Shown here one piece after another: positions 52,124-64,000 of a stretch of DNA of 64,000 bases (positions are counted from its first letter, which is position 1; every line of letters begins with the position of its first letter). The stretch lies in contig OZ024740.1 in NCBI GenBank assembly GCA_964016885.1, positions 376,216,001 to 376,280,000 of the forward strand. Reading direction: 5' to 3'. The translations under genes were made by a program, and so were the position numbers. Below the pieces are notes generated by a model. It had not been told where the DNA came from. It made no database searches and was given only the letters and a program-made list of their open reading frames with translations. The stretch is from Eledone cirrhosa. Lineage: Eukaryota.

Positions 52124-52900
52124 TCATTTCTTCAAAATTAATTTCACTCCATATGCGTAGGGGTTGAAGAAATCAAAACGTGTATTCAAGCATCGCTTAT
52201 TGGAAGACAGGTTTGCGAGAATATTCCTTATTTCATCTGTACATAAATAAAATGTTCTCGATCCCTTTATATAATGTCTCGAACTTTCTAAGGTCTTCAA
52301 TTTAATGGAGAAATCCATGGCATGCGAGCATGGTGGCATATCTGTTGTCTGGTTGCTTAAAGGTCGTTTAGAGTAAAGAAAACAGCTTTTGAAGCTGCTC
52401 TCCGACATGCCTACATATGACGAAGCCTCGTTTTGGTGTCTCTGATTAGTGGATATTACCCATGCTTTAGCTATCACTTTTGGCGTGTTACATTGTTAGT
52501 GAAGTAAGAAACGTTTCTGGCTTTCTGTATGAGCTAGGAAGACTCTTGGGTTTATTTTTGATGTGGTGTTTTACGTTCTTTTACAAAGGAATAACCGGTT
52601 TTCACACTGTGGTGGTTGAATATTTGAAAATAAATATGGCCTACAGAGAAATGATTATCAATGAGAGGTAGAATTGTTTATACACATCTGTTTTAACAAG
52701 AGGGTGAGAACCATATAGAATTATTATATGATTATGTCAAGATCTTTTCTCTGCTAGTTTTAGGGTGGAGATCTGAATAGTAAAATTATTTATCAGAGAA
52801 GCCGCTGTTGCTTAACGCTATATTATAGTAGTGGGCTGCTGTGTCAAAGATAACATTGTTAGCAGAGATGTTAGAGATGCCCTCACTAATGAATACTAAT
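52124..52900 (-). mobile_element. Decayed Naiad-type PLE C-terminal region
   Basis: SYVGMSESSFK (GIY-YIG) and upstream WFSP..KTDVYKQF..IDNHF..HIYFQIFNHHSVKTGYS. Confidence 0.7.
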
Positions 52901-53129
52901 AATGATGTTTTTGAAGACTATATATGATGGCATGATTTGTGTGTGTGTTTATCCGAGGATTTAGCTTAGCTTTTAGAAAGGTCTGTGTTTGTTTGTGCGT
53001 AGATGACAATTTATGTTTAGAACATGAATGCTAGTGAAGATGTGAAGATGTGAAGATGTGGTTAAAATAAGTTTTGTGATGAATCTTTCAATAAAATATA
53101 CAACTCTAATATATAACAAACGGAAGAGG

Positions 53130-56115
53130 GGCCGGAACTGATTGGGGTGCGGCTGCTTCCACCACCTCACCTGCGTTGAATTGACTCGTCGAGCTTCCAA
53201 TGCCCTCGCAGCGTAGAGGTGCAGAAGCTGCCTCTTCCCTACCTCTTCCCAGCCACGGCCGTCTAGCACACCACCAGATGGGACAGCTAGCTTGCCTGAC
53301 GCCCGAGCCTCGCTGATCAACATCGCTCGGCTCAGGCGGCTCCGGAAGATCCCACTCAGGATCCCGAGAGCGGCACGGGTGCCGGTAGCCGATGCCCTCG
53401 CTTTCTCGATTGAGAGCGCCCTGGACTCCAATCGAGCCAGTGACTGGGAGCGGCTGTTCTATTTCGCCCCACTCGCCCTCGGCCTCCCCAGCTCTGGCGC
53501 TGACCGGGGCGGCCGATCAACAGCAGCCTTCGTCAAGGCCAATGTCTCGTCATTTGGGCGAGCGCTCATTCAGAGCGTGCCCAGGGACGCCACACACCCC
53601 ACCCTCAGGTACCCCCTATCCTCCACCCCCGAGGCCAGCGCCAAGCGTTTGCGTGACCTGGTAAACGCAAAGCTTATCATGGGGGATGTCTCGGCCGCAG
53701 TCAGAGTTGTTGCCTCAGAGGACACTGTCCTCCAATCCACTGAGGAGATCCTGGCTGCTCTGCGGCTCAAACACCCTGAGCCACCCACTGATCTCAGACC
53801 CATACCCCCAGCCGATCCCCACCGGCTCCTTGTGGCTACTGATGCAGATATCATGTCCGCCATCAGGTCCTTCTCATCTAGCAGCTGCGGAGGTGTTGAT
53901 GGTCTCCGATCAGGCCACCTCAAGGTGTTGACATCTCCCCTCTCCGGTGAGGCCGGGCGCCGCCTTCTGAGTGTAATTGTGGCGCTCACCAATAGGCTCA
54001 TCCATGGTGCCCTCGACCCTTACGCCCGAGGCCTCTTTTTTTCGGCCAGCCTCAACGCTCTCAGGAAGAAAGAGGGTGGCATATGCCCCATTGCTGTGGG
54101 CAATCTCTTCCGCAGGCTGGCTGCCAAGGTGATCTGCAAGTCTGTCACACACTAACTAGGTCAGGAGTTTAGTACGGTGCAACTGGGTGTCGGCGTGTCC
54201 GGTGGCTGTGAGGGAGCCTCACATGCAATCAGGCAGTTCTTCAGCAGCAGCCCATCGGTGCCGGCATCCAGGGAATTTCAGACACCTCATTGTGAAGCTT
54301 GACATGAGGAATGCCTTTAACTCTTTACGCTGGGATCATCTGCTCGAGGCCTGCCTCAGCCGAGCGCCCTCTGCCTACCCGCTGGCCTACCTGTCATATG
54401 GAGCCCCGAGCATGCTCCTAGCTGCTGATACGGTCATACCCTCGGCTACTGGGGTCCAACAGGGTGACCCTTTGGGACCCCTCCTGTTCGCCCTTGGTAT
54501 TGAACACATAGCCCGGAGTATCACGGCCGCTCTCAACGTTTGGTATCTGGATGATGCTACGATGGGCGGGGCCGTACGGACGATCTGCCATGACCTTCAA
54601 TCGGTGATTCCTGCCCTGGCGGGAATTAGCTTCCAGGTCAACTCGGCCAGGTTGGAGGTGGGGAACGTCAGCCTCGATGCTGCGAGCTTTGCAGCCTCCG
54701 TATTGGACCTGAACCTGGCGGTCCATTCTCCGCCAGGTTCAGGTGACCCCCAAAGAGGATGTCCTCATCCTCGGGTAACCGATCCACCCGCCGGCCATCC
54801 GCTCCACCATCAGGTCCAGGCTTCAACAGCTCCAGACTCTCAAGAGCCGACTGGGCTTGATTGACAGCCACCCAGCTCTTTTTCTGCTGAGGAGCTGCTT
54901 CGCCATGCCGAAGCTCCTCTATACACTCCGCAGCGCTCCATGCTACACCCAGACATCTCTCCTCGCCGACCTCGATACTTGTATCCGAGCAGCAGCCGAG
55001 GGGATGTGCAACGTCAAGTTTTACGACATAGGGTGGCAACAGGCCACTTTATCGGTCAGGTATGGCGGCCTAGGCCTCCGGTCCCCGATCTCACTAGCTT
55101 TGCCGGCGTATCTTTCGTCGGTAACCTCCTGCCGCGTCCTCGTCAGCAGGGTTCTTCAAAACACAACAGAACCCTCTGTGTTCAGAGATCGTGAGGCCGC
55201 ATGTGAGACGTGGGACCGGCTGGGATCTAGCCCAGTAGACGTCCCTCCTCCTTCTCCCCCTGTTGACGACAACTCCCCCCAACGCACTTGGGATGCCATC
55301 CAGTGCAGCCTAGCCTCAGACAGGCTCACGCGCCAAGTCGACCAGCACCGCCTTGCTTGTTTTCGTGCGGCCTCCAAACCCCAGAGTGGTGCCTGGCTCC
55401 ATGCTCTGCCCTCCTTCTCCACTGGCACGCAGCTAGACAACCATAGTCTGCGAATAGGCGTTTCCCTGAGGCTCGGCCTCCGGATCTGCCAGCCACACCA
55501 ATGTCGCTGCGGTTCCACCGTGGACTCTTTCGGCCTCCACCCGCTTTCCTGTCGCCACAGTGCCGGTCGCATTCCACGCCATACTGCTCTGAACGAGGTC
55601 ATTAAGCATGGCTTGGACGTTGCAGGCTTCCCTTCCCAGCTCGAGCCGGTGGGGCTGGATCGAGGGGACGGCAAAAGGCAAGATGACATGACCATCTTCC
55701 TGTTCTGCGGTGGCAAACCCCTCGTCTGGGATGCCACTTGAACCGACACTTTCTGCAGCCGTAACCTGGTGCAGTCTGCGACTGACCCAGGTTATGCTGC
55801 ACGTCGGGCTGAGGGGGCCAAATTCCTCAAATACTGGTCGCTCTCCGACAGGTTTGCGGTCGTTCCCCTGGCAGTGGAAACTTCTGGTGTCCTCGGCCCC
55901 AGAGCTACCTACCTCCTTACCCACCACCATAGGCGCTGAGCTGGCCAGCCGTAAGTGTGATGCCCGCGAGTTGGACTTACTTTTCCAGCGCGTCTCCCTT
56001 GCCGTCCTCCGGGGAAACGCCTTCTCCATTCTGTCCGCCGGGGCCGTGGGTGGGCCCCATCGCGTACCAATACATTAGTTAAATACCATACCTTCATCTG
56101 ATACAACACAATAAA
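53130..56115 (+). mobile_element. CRE-clade non-LTR retrotransposon (RT plus RLE), GC-rich, frameshifted
   Basis: PIAVGNLFRRLAAK, KLDMRNAFNS, GVQQGDPLGPLLF, WYLDD, GGLGLR, CRCG..HPLSC..RH, EP..GKR.D, WDAT; ends with AATAAA at 56110. Confidence 0.9.
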
Positions 56116-56144
56116 GTCTCTCTACGACTTCTTTTATACCATTA

Positions 56145-56180
<36 letters not shown>

Positions 56181-56197
56181 TAATACATGTATATAAA

Positions 56198-56262
<65 letters not shown>

Positions 56263-56341
56263 ATAATAATAATAAATTTGAAGACTAAAATCCAAAGAGG
56301 GCTCGATAAGGATACATATAAATATATAAGAACCGTAGAGC

Positions 56342-58026
56342 AAATATTTATTAAAATAACAGATTAAAGATTAAGCAAAAAATCGCTGCTTTCACCCTTA
56401 ACGGGATCTTCTGAAACTAACAAAGTCAATCTGTGATCGCGGAAGTGAATATTTCAAAAAACGTTGAAACCGGAGGAAGACAGGAAGACGATACTTTGGA
56501 ACACGTGCAACCCTGTAGTTAGTACTAACTGTAATTGTAGGAATCGGGTTGACTGCTCCCTATCCGGGAAATGCCTCTCTAGTAACATTGTCTACACATG
56601 TAAGGTTGAAACAGCTACATCCCGTAGGGCCTACATAGGGTTAACCGCCAATAGATTCAAGCAGCGTCTTTATATGCATACTCATTCTTTTCGTTACACT
56701 TTAAGAAGTAATATGACGTCACTTTCAGCTTATATCTGGAGTCTAAAAGACAACCATACCCAATATAAGTTAAACTGGGAGATCCTAGCTAGGGCTAGAT
56801 CGTATAACGGAAATAAATCCCCATGTGACCTCTGCGCCGCTGATGCACTGGAAATACTCTACGCCAATGACCACATCTTAAACAAAAAATCTGAGGCAAT
56901 TTCGACTTGCAAACATAAATTGCACAAAACTTTCCTGTATTACAGCCCCACATTATACCCTAACGGATAGTACGAACTATACGCGGATATTGTAGGTCTT
57001 TATGTGGTAGCTAAGTATATATTATGTTTATACCATTACTTATTTGTATAGGTAAGTATATATTATCTGTATGTTTTGTGAAGGTACGTCTACTTCCTCG
57101 TACGTATATTTGATTGTATGTGTTTTGGCGTATATATTATATATTCTGGTACATATGCTTTTGGTTATGTGTATACGGGAGTTTGGCGTCTGTGTGAGTA
57201 TGCGGGTCCGTACGTATGTAGGGTGTGTGTATATGTGTACTTCGTGTTTTGGTTGACGTAGTCTCCGAACATTGTTATATACGTATTTATTTATTTATAT
57301 ACGTTTATTTAATTATATGTATACACGCTCACACACACATTTATATATTAATATGTATATTTTTATATATAATTTTATGTGTATTTGGTGTATATATTCG
57401 TATGCGTTGCGTCGGTTCTGTATGGGCGTGCCGTTTTCTTTTTTATCTTTCTTGTGTACGTTCGTGTATCTGTATACCTTTGGCGAGTGATTTCGCGTAT
57501 GCTTGTGTATGTACGTATATGGATGCGTGTATGTATTTATTTATTTTCGATTACCTCTGTATTTTATTTACTTTATTCTTAACTCTGAAGCCGAGAATCA
57601 TTCGGTTTCCTAGTTAGAATTTTAGTCTACGACTTCAGTTATACCATTTACGTGGTTTTGTCTTTGCGTGCTATTGTTCTCAGCGCTCCACATATAACGT
57701 ATTATCTTCGTTTTTTCCGATCATTGCCAGAGAACGTCTCTATGAACCACCTAATAGAATATTAGTCTACGACTTCTTTTATACCATAAACGTGGTTTTT
57801 TCTTTGCGTGTAATTGTTTTTCACCGCTCCTAATAATGACGTATTATATTCGTTTTTTCCCGTTCTTTGCAACCAAACTATCGTCTTCCTCTCTTCCTCC
57901 GATTGCAAAGTTTTTTAAAATATTCACTTCTGCGTTCACAGATTGATTTGTTAATTTCAGAAGATCTCGCTAAGGGTGAAAGCAACGATTCTTTGCTTAA
58001 ACTTTAATCTGTTATTTTAATAAATA
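56342..58026. mobile_element. Naiad-type PLE 3' fragment bounded by approximately 155-bp inverted repeats
   Basis: Inverted arms at 56342-56498 and 57872-58026; internal tandem of about 140 bp at 57611-57870. Confidence 0.75.
56464..56970 (+). pseudogene. PLE GIY-YIG endonuclease domain, open but detached from its RT
   Basis: CNCRNRVDCSLSGKCLSSNIVYTC..AYIGLT..FKQR..H..CDLC..LNKKSE..CKH. Confidence 0.85.
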
Positions 58027-58029
58027 TAT

Positions 58030-58585
58030 ATATATATCATAAAACATGTCTATAGAATCACCAAATAAAATATATACCATTTCCTCTCCCAATTAGCATA
58101 ATTAACCATATAAAAAATCCAATAGACCAAGCTATAAGAATAAGGCTTCTATGAAGAAATCTCCAACAAATAATCGAAACCAGCCGTTCACGTCGGCTGC
58201 GACGGAATATTTATCGAATATTTCGACAGCGTAATCGCCCAGATATACAGTCAGTTAAACAGAATTAGGTGTAAAATAAACTAGGAGAAAAGTGAACACA
58301 TTTAGATACCTCGACCATGGTTTCGTCCGCATTTTAAGATATCCGATAACTTCGGAAACTAGAGCACCGGACTCTTCAGGAAGTTAGCTCAAATTTAGAC
58401 AATAAATTTTCCAAAGTGATCGCGCCAAGAATACATTCAAAAATTGCTAAGAATCGTGACGTAGCAGCGGTCAGATTAGAAGGAATGTGGTTAGTTGCTT
58501 ACGGCTGGTGGCTTTTTGCCAGAAAGCGCAGCACAATACAGCCAAATTTGTATCTCAACCTAACGGGAGATTATTACAAATAAAG

Positions 58586-58664
<79 letters not shown>

Positions 58665-59068
58665 TACGTGCTTTGCAACGGATCACTTTGTGGCTCAATG
58701 AAAAGTTAATAAATTAAATAATCAGAGCTATATATCATAAAACATGTCTATAGAATCACCAGATAAAATATATACCATTTCCTCTCTCAATTAGCATAAT
58801 TAACCATATAAAAAATCGAATAGACCAAGCTATAAGAATAAGGCTTCTATGAAGAAATCTCCAACAAATAACCGAAACCAGCCGTTCGCGCCGGCTGCGG
58901 CGGAATATTTATCGAATATTTCGACAGCGTAATCGCCCAGATATACAGTCAGTTAAACAGAATTAGGTGTAAAATAAACTAGGAGAAAAGTGAACACATT
59001 TAGTTACCTCGACCATGGTTTCGTCCGCATTTTAAGATATCCAATAGCTTCGGAACCCAGAGCACGGG
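58030..59068 (-). mobile_element. Tandem (1.5 units, period about 700 bp) non-coding hammerhead repeat, family H-CCATGG
   Basis: 58030-58370 recurs at 58730-59068; homologous to 4110-4890. Confidence 0.85.
58309..58383 (-). ncRNA. Type I hammerhead ribozyme
   Basis: CTTC-CTGAAGA-GTCCG..loop with TCCGA/TCGGA hairpin..CGGAC-GAAA-CCATGG-TC-GAGG; GUC triplet. Confidence 0.88.
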
Positions 59069-59495
59069 CTATATATAGGCATGCGTATGGTAAAACCATT
59101 GTATGAATTAATTTGTGCGTGCTTATATATTAATGGTTCTAGATTCTGATTGTTTAGAGGAGAAGAGAAGTGGTATAATATTCGATAATCGTGTACATTA
59201 TCGTGTACATTATCGTGAGCAAGAATATATTATCGTGTACTGTTAGAGTTTCACATACTTATGATTGAACAGTGAAGAAAAAATGTTCATGATTCGATGT
59301 TAATAGAGTTGTCAGTGATATATGTATTATTTGATATGGTACGATTTTAGTCAGAAGTATTACGTGTGTGCACTCATTTCTTTGGTAAAAATTTTCAACA
59401 TCTATCTTATATTGGACTGGAAGGGTGTGGCTCTATTGCTGTATGTGATTACGCATTTGCGTTCGTGTATATAATTATGTATATAAATATTATTT

Positions 59496-59506
<11 letters not shown>

Positions 59507-59527
<21 letters not shown>

Positions 59528-59536
59528 AGAGAGAGG

Positions 59537-59608
<72 letters not shown>
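59507..59608. repeat. (TG)n(GA)n compound microsatellite
   Basis: Direct reading. Confidence 0.95.
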
Positions 59609-59613
<5 letters not shown>

Positions 59614-61179
59614 AATGTGTGTTTGATCTTCCATTAGACATCAATAATGACTTGTCGCAGATGTTTAATCAGTGTTTGAGGCGATAAGCGAAAGTAAAAA
59701 TGTGTCATTTTCACATAAAATATTCAAACAATTGGTAGTGAGCGAATGAAAAATTAAATGGTGCAATTTCGATAGACCACTTTCTATATTCATATCACAC
59801 TTACACGAGTTGGTAGATGTGACTTGCTTATTAATGATTTGTTATTCACAGGCTGAGATCTCGATGAAAGTAAGACGAACAAAAATATTGAGTAATTCTA
59901 TACGTGTTTCTACTTCCAACTAATTTATTAATCGCAACAGCTGATAAAAATGCCTCATAATATATAAGTTAGTCCATCAGAATTACTTTAATATTTAATA
60001 TTTGTTTATAGGCAATGCCTATTGAGAGTTAAAGTAGCTACTAATTCACCGAGAACCTATCAACGGATGACTAAACCAATTCGCCTGAGCTTGTTTCCGC
60101 GAATATATAGTATTTGATAATGATGGATGTGCATATTTCGTAGTAAACAAAAAAAAAAACGTGTATGGCACCAAGATCATATGAACTGAATTTTCTCAAA
60201 GAATTGTTTATATTATACACTTGGTTTTATCCAATTTAATTGAGCACTTGATAACAGTGGGATTATAAGCAATGTTTCTGTGGACATTTAGTAAATTACT
60301 CAATAGCTGATGAAATCCCAACGCAATATAGCAGCTATACAAGCTCATCCCGTTTTATGTTTATCAATATGAAATCTAGGTGTTTACATATTTTTGAAAC
60401 ATGCAGTGTAATATACCTTGTCCAGTCATCAGCAATTAAATCATTGTGTTTTTACATAGCCAAATTCCCTATAGCCTCTTTATGTACAATAGTTGTGTAG
60501 AAGAGGTATATCGAGAAATTAATTGCCTTAATCTCGAGGAATTAATATTAACGTGATGTACCTCAGTTTTGAAATTCATATAGTTTCGAACGAGATGTTG
60601 GAGGGAACACTAGCAGATTTGTTGTACGATGTTTCATATTCAAAACTGAAAATAAAGCGAAAGTGCTTGCAAGCCCTAGACGCCATATGTTTGTCTGTAG
60701 GATTGTACCTCAGATCTTTAACAGAGAGAAATGCAAAGATCACAACGTTGTAGAAGTAGATCCTCATATACATTCCAAATGCGCAACATCATGGGAAAAT
60801 GGAGGGAATTTCGTGTTATGAAATACAAAGTGTCTACATGTGTCTCCAGATCTCGATGACCATGTCTCCAGATCTCGATGAACACCATCAACTGTATAGC
60901 GGAAGTAAACCCCATTGCTGAACCTCAGAGGTAATCACTAAAAATGCTGGTACAATGTAAAAAATCCAGGTGCTACCCGTATTGAATATGATCCCAGAGC
61001 TGACAGATTTGCCAAACGTAATAATAGGTAAGAAAAATGGAGACACACAGAATAAAAACCTAGTCACTGAGGAGGTCACAGAATCTGTGGTGAAAGAGCT
61101 GTGACAATATATAAATAACCGTCCGGTTATCGAACCAAGCAACCGGAAATTTATAATAAATTGAAGTGAAAACAACAGC

Positions 61180-61412
61180 GGCATGGGTTTCTATTGGCAG
61201 CATGACCCTTCCAAACTATAAAAGCATATATAAATATATAAATATATAAAGAGGCAGAAGTTTGAAGTGTGTCCGAATGATTGCTGAAACGATTTAGTTA
61301 AATAAAAGCTGACAGGTGGGGTTGTCAATAACATGTGGTGGGAGTGGGCTCTCAAAAGAGAGATTAGAGTAATTTCGATAGGTGTTAGCAAAGAGGTAGC
61401 GTTGGAAAAAAC
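61180..61412 (+). mobile_element. Short Tx1-family ORF2 fragment
   Basis: AAGCTGACAGGTGGGGTTGTCAATAAC...GCTCTCAAAAGAGAGATTAGAGTAATTTCG matches the reverse complement of about 19720-19810. Confidence 0.7.
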
Positions 61413-61599
61413 TTGTAAGCCTGTAGGATGGTTAATTTGAGGGGTGAGGAGTGCTCTTGCCGGATGCCTTCTTATCGTCAGGGGATTTAGGATTAGTGGT
61501 GTGTCAGAGCCGCTTCTGCGGGGTTAGTTCCTTCTATTGGGGAATTTATTTGTTATATTTTATAGATATAAATTTGAGTATGAGCTGGTTGCTTACAGA

Positions 61600-62300
61600 C
61601 ACTTCCGTATGCAGGAACGCGTAGTTGGGCAGCAGCAGTACGAGAAGCCGTGAGACCCCAACAACTCCCCAATGGCCTGGTACGTGCCCAATAGCTAGTA
61701 TCAATAAGAATAGGATTGGCACATTTAGACAGACAAAAGCTGATCCTACAGACATCCAGCAGAGTCATGACAGGGTAAGTGGTGAACCTGGGACGGAACC
61801 GTGCAACAGCAACCGACCCAGGGACCCAGTACTAGTCACAGGGATAGACCACGCCAACGTACCCAATAGGAACCCTACAGTAAGCATACAGGGGTTCGGC
61901 CACTTCATGCAACTGCAAAAACCTGATCTTATGTCCCCTTACAAATGAATGCCTGGTGAAGAACTAGTCTACCTTTGCAGGGTTACAACCCCCAACTCGG
62001 AGCATATTTACATAGGAGCCACGTCGATGAGCTTCAAGGACAGGTGGTATTACCACCGCCATTCCTTTAATTGGATCGACAAAAGGAAATGTACGGCCCT
62101 TTCCGAACTGATCTGAAAGTTAAAGCTGGACAAAGTCCCGTACTCTTTGGCTTGTCCAAAGTTAGCGATGCACCGCAAGACGGAGCCGGATCAGACATTT
62201 GCAGCCTCTGCCTAAGTAAGACATTCCAGATATTCAGTGGTGGAATAAATCTAATCAATCGTTGGACAAATTTCTCTGGTAGACACCTAAGGAGGGGACT
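61600..62300 (+). mobile_element. Decayed Naiad-type PLE GIY-YIG region
   Basis: SCNCKNLILCPL..CLVKN.VYLCRVTTPNSEHIYIGATSMSFKDRWYYHRHSF..CSLCL across frameshifts. Confidence 0.8.
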
Positions 62301-63484
62301 TTGCCGAAGCTATACGGATAGAAACCCCACCACACTGAGTCATAGAAACACCAACCCGGCCCACTGTACTTACCTCACGTCTCTCATCTCTTCTTGCCTC
62401 GACTAACATTTAAAATACCACAGAGCAGCAATTACTTAGCGGCTAGGCCCGTGCCTCGCATTGCTGTGCTTCACCCTTCTTTCTCAGTTCCTTAGTTCAA
62501 AACCAAGTTACCAGCTACTAGTTAATTAGCGAGTTAGTATACGTTTGCAGGGTCCTACTCTGGGGGATCTCAATGCACCCCACATTTCCATCTACCCCAG
62601 GCAGTGATCCGGTTCTCGGAAGGACAATCTTCATCAAACCTAACCCCTTTCGCACACAACAGTCAGGTTTAACAGTGATAAGTAAATACGAAGCACCTAT
62701 TATTTCTTTTCCCACCCCTGCAAAAGGTACATGTGTGTCTGTGTATGTGTGTACGTATATACGTATGTGTGTGTATGTATTTGTGTGTGTGCGTGTACAC
62801 ATGTGTACACAGATATGCTTAGGTATAGATGTATGTGAATGTATAGATGCAAGTGTGTTTGTGAAAGCATGTATATATATATATGTGTGTGTACGTGTGT
62901 GTGTGTGTGTGTGAACGTGTGGGGATATGTAGATGTGTGTATGTGGGTATGTACTAAATGTTTAAAATATCAATTATAATTTTTAACACTTGTTAATTTT
63001 TAACACTTATAAATGTTTACTGGTATAGGTTTTAACACCTCCAGTTATAATTCTAAAATCTACTATTCGGATATGGATAAACACTTACGCTCCCAGATGA
63101 ACCCATATCAGGTTACACGCATGAATTCTTCGCGAAAAATTACAATACCACCGAAAAAAAGAGATAGTGTCTGACCTGTTTACACCACTGCCACTATAGT
63201 AAAATTGGTCAACTAGACCAAAAAGCCGCAGTTAATATAGTTGATTGTTAGAATTAACCCTAGCAGGCTGACCGGCTTCAAGGACAACTGACCTGTTAAG
63301 ATATTATCGGACCAATGAGAAGGAAAGTATACCCTTCGGAAGCTCGAATTTGTTAATTTTAGTTCATATGCCACCAGCTCTTTGAATAAACAACACCTCA
63401 TTTCAGATCTTGGCATATCAACGAATTAACATGGTAAACTTTATTCGACCATTATGTTTCCCTGTTTTTTCTATTTAAGTCTAG

Positions 63485-63541
63485 CTGTCTGATGAGGTCA
63501 TAACTGGTGAATAATGGTTATCACCGAAATATATATTGCAG
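63485..63541 (+). ncRNA. Type I hammerhead ribozyme
   Basis: CTGT-CTGATGA-GGTCATAAC..GTTATCACC-GAAA-TATATA-TT-GCAG; AATAAA at 63550; same strand as the upstream PLE remnant. Confidence 0.7.
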
Positions 63542-64000
63542 TGAGTATGAATAAAGGAAGTTAATTTTAACCTGTTGGATTCACATGTCTTCTGACAACT
63601 ATATAATGCAGACCAAGCAACCGCATAGAAACACCCAAATTAGCTAGTCCTTGAGGACTTTCACGGGGATAATCGGATAAACAGGAGCATTAAGGTGTCA
63701 AACTAAATGCTTTACAATATGTACGGCCCAGTACGTTTTAGCTTTGAATCCCACCGATGTCATCCTTCTTTCTCATCGTTCATGGGTCTACAATATATTT
63801 GGTTGGTTGCTTTCCCGTAATAGAATCGATGAAATCCCTTTTCTCCATTTCCCCGAATCTGGAAGTTTCTGCTAAAGATGGAATTAGTATTTCAGTAACT
63901 CTGAATCTTTTTTGTGACAAAATCACAACGTCAATGGTGATGATTACTTCTAAGATAAAATACCCAGATAGTTATTTTTAGAAACAATCACCCCTCCCGC

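Overview
Repeat-saturated, AT-rich animal genomic DNA; the SINE types suggest a cephalopod such as Octopus (inference). No intact host gene is evident. Two patterns stand out. (1) From about 7.5 to 39.6 kb there is a 32-kb train of non-LTR retrotransposons separated by (AAT)n tracts: five Tx1/L1-clade copies, all on the minus strand, and three R4/Dong-clade RT-RLE copies, all on the plus strand. This implies two unrelated endonucleases targeting opposite strands of one microsatellite. The Tx1 copies share a CC|AATAA 5' junction and a splice-donor-like motif 37-39 nt before ORF2. (2) The flanks hold Penelope-like element (PLE) remnants and non-coding tandem or inverted repeats next to (TA)n tracts. 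These carry at least seven families of type I hammerhead ribozyme motifs, each with its own palindromic stem III. They include a U3-A8 core variant and a branched stem II. Also present: a CRE-clade retrotransposon, a mariner remnant, tRNA-derived SINEs, many microsatellites and two weak candidate host exons. All alignments and folds were done by eye.
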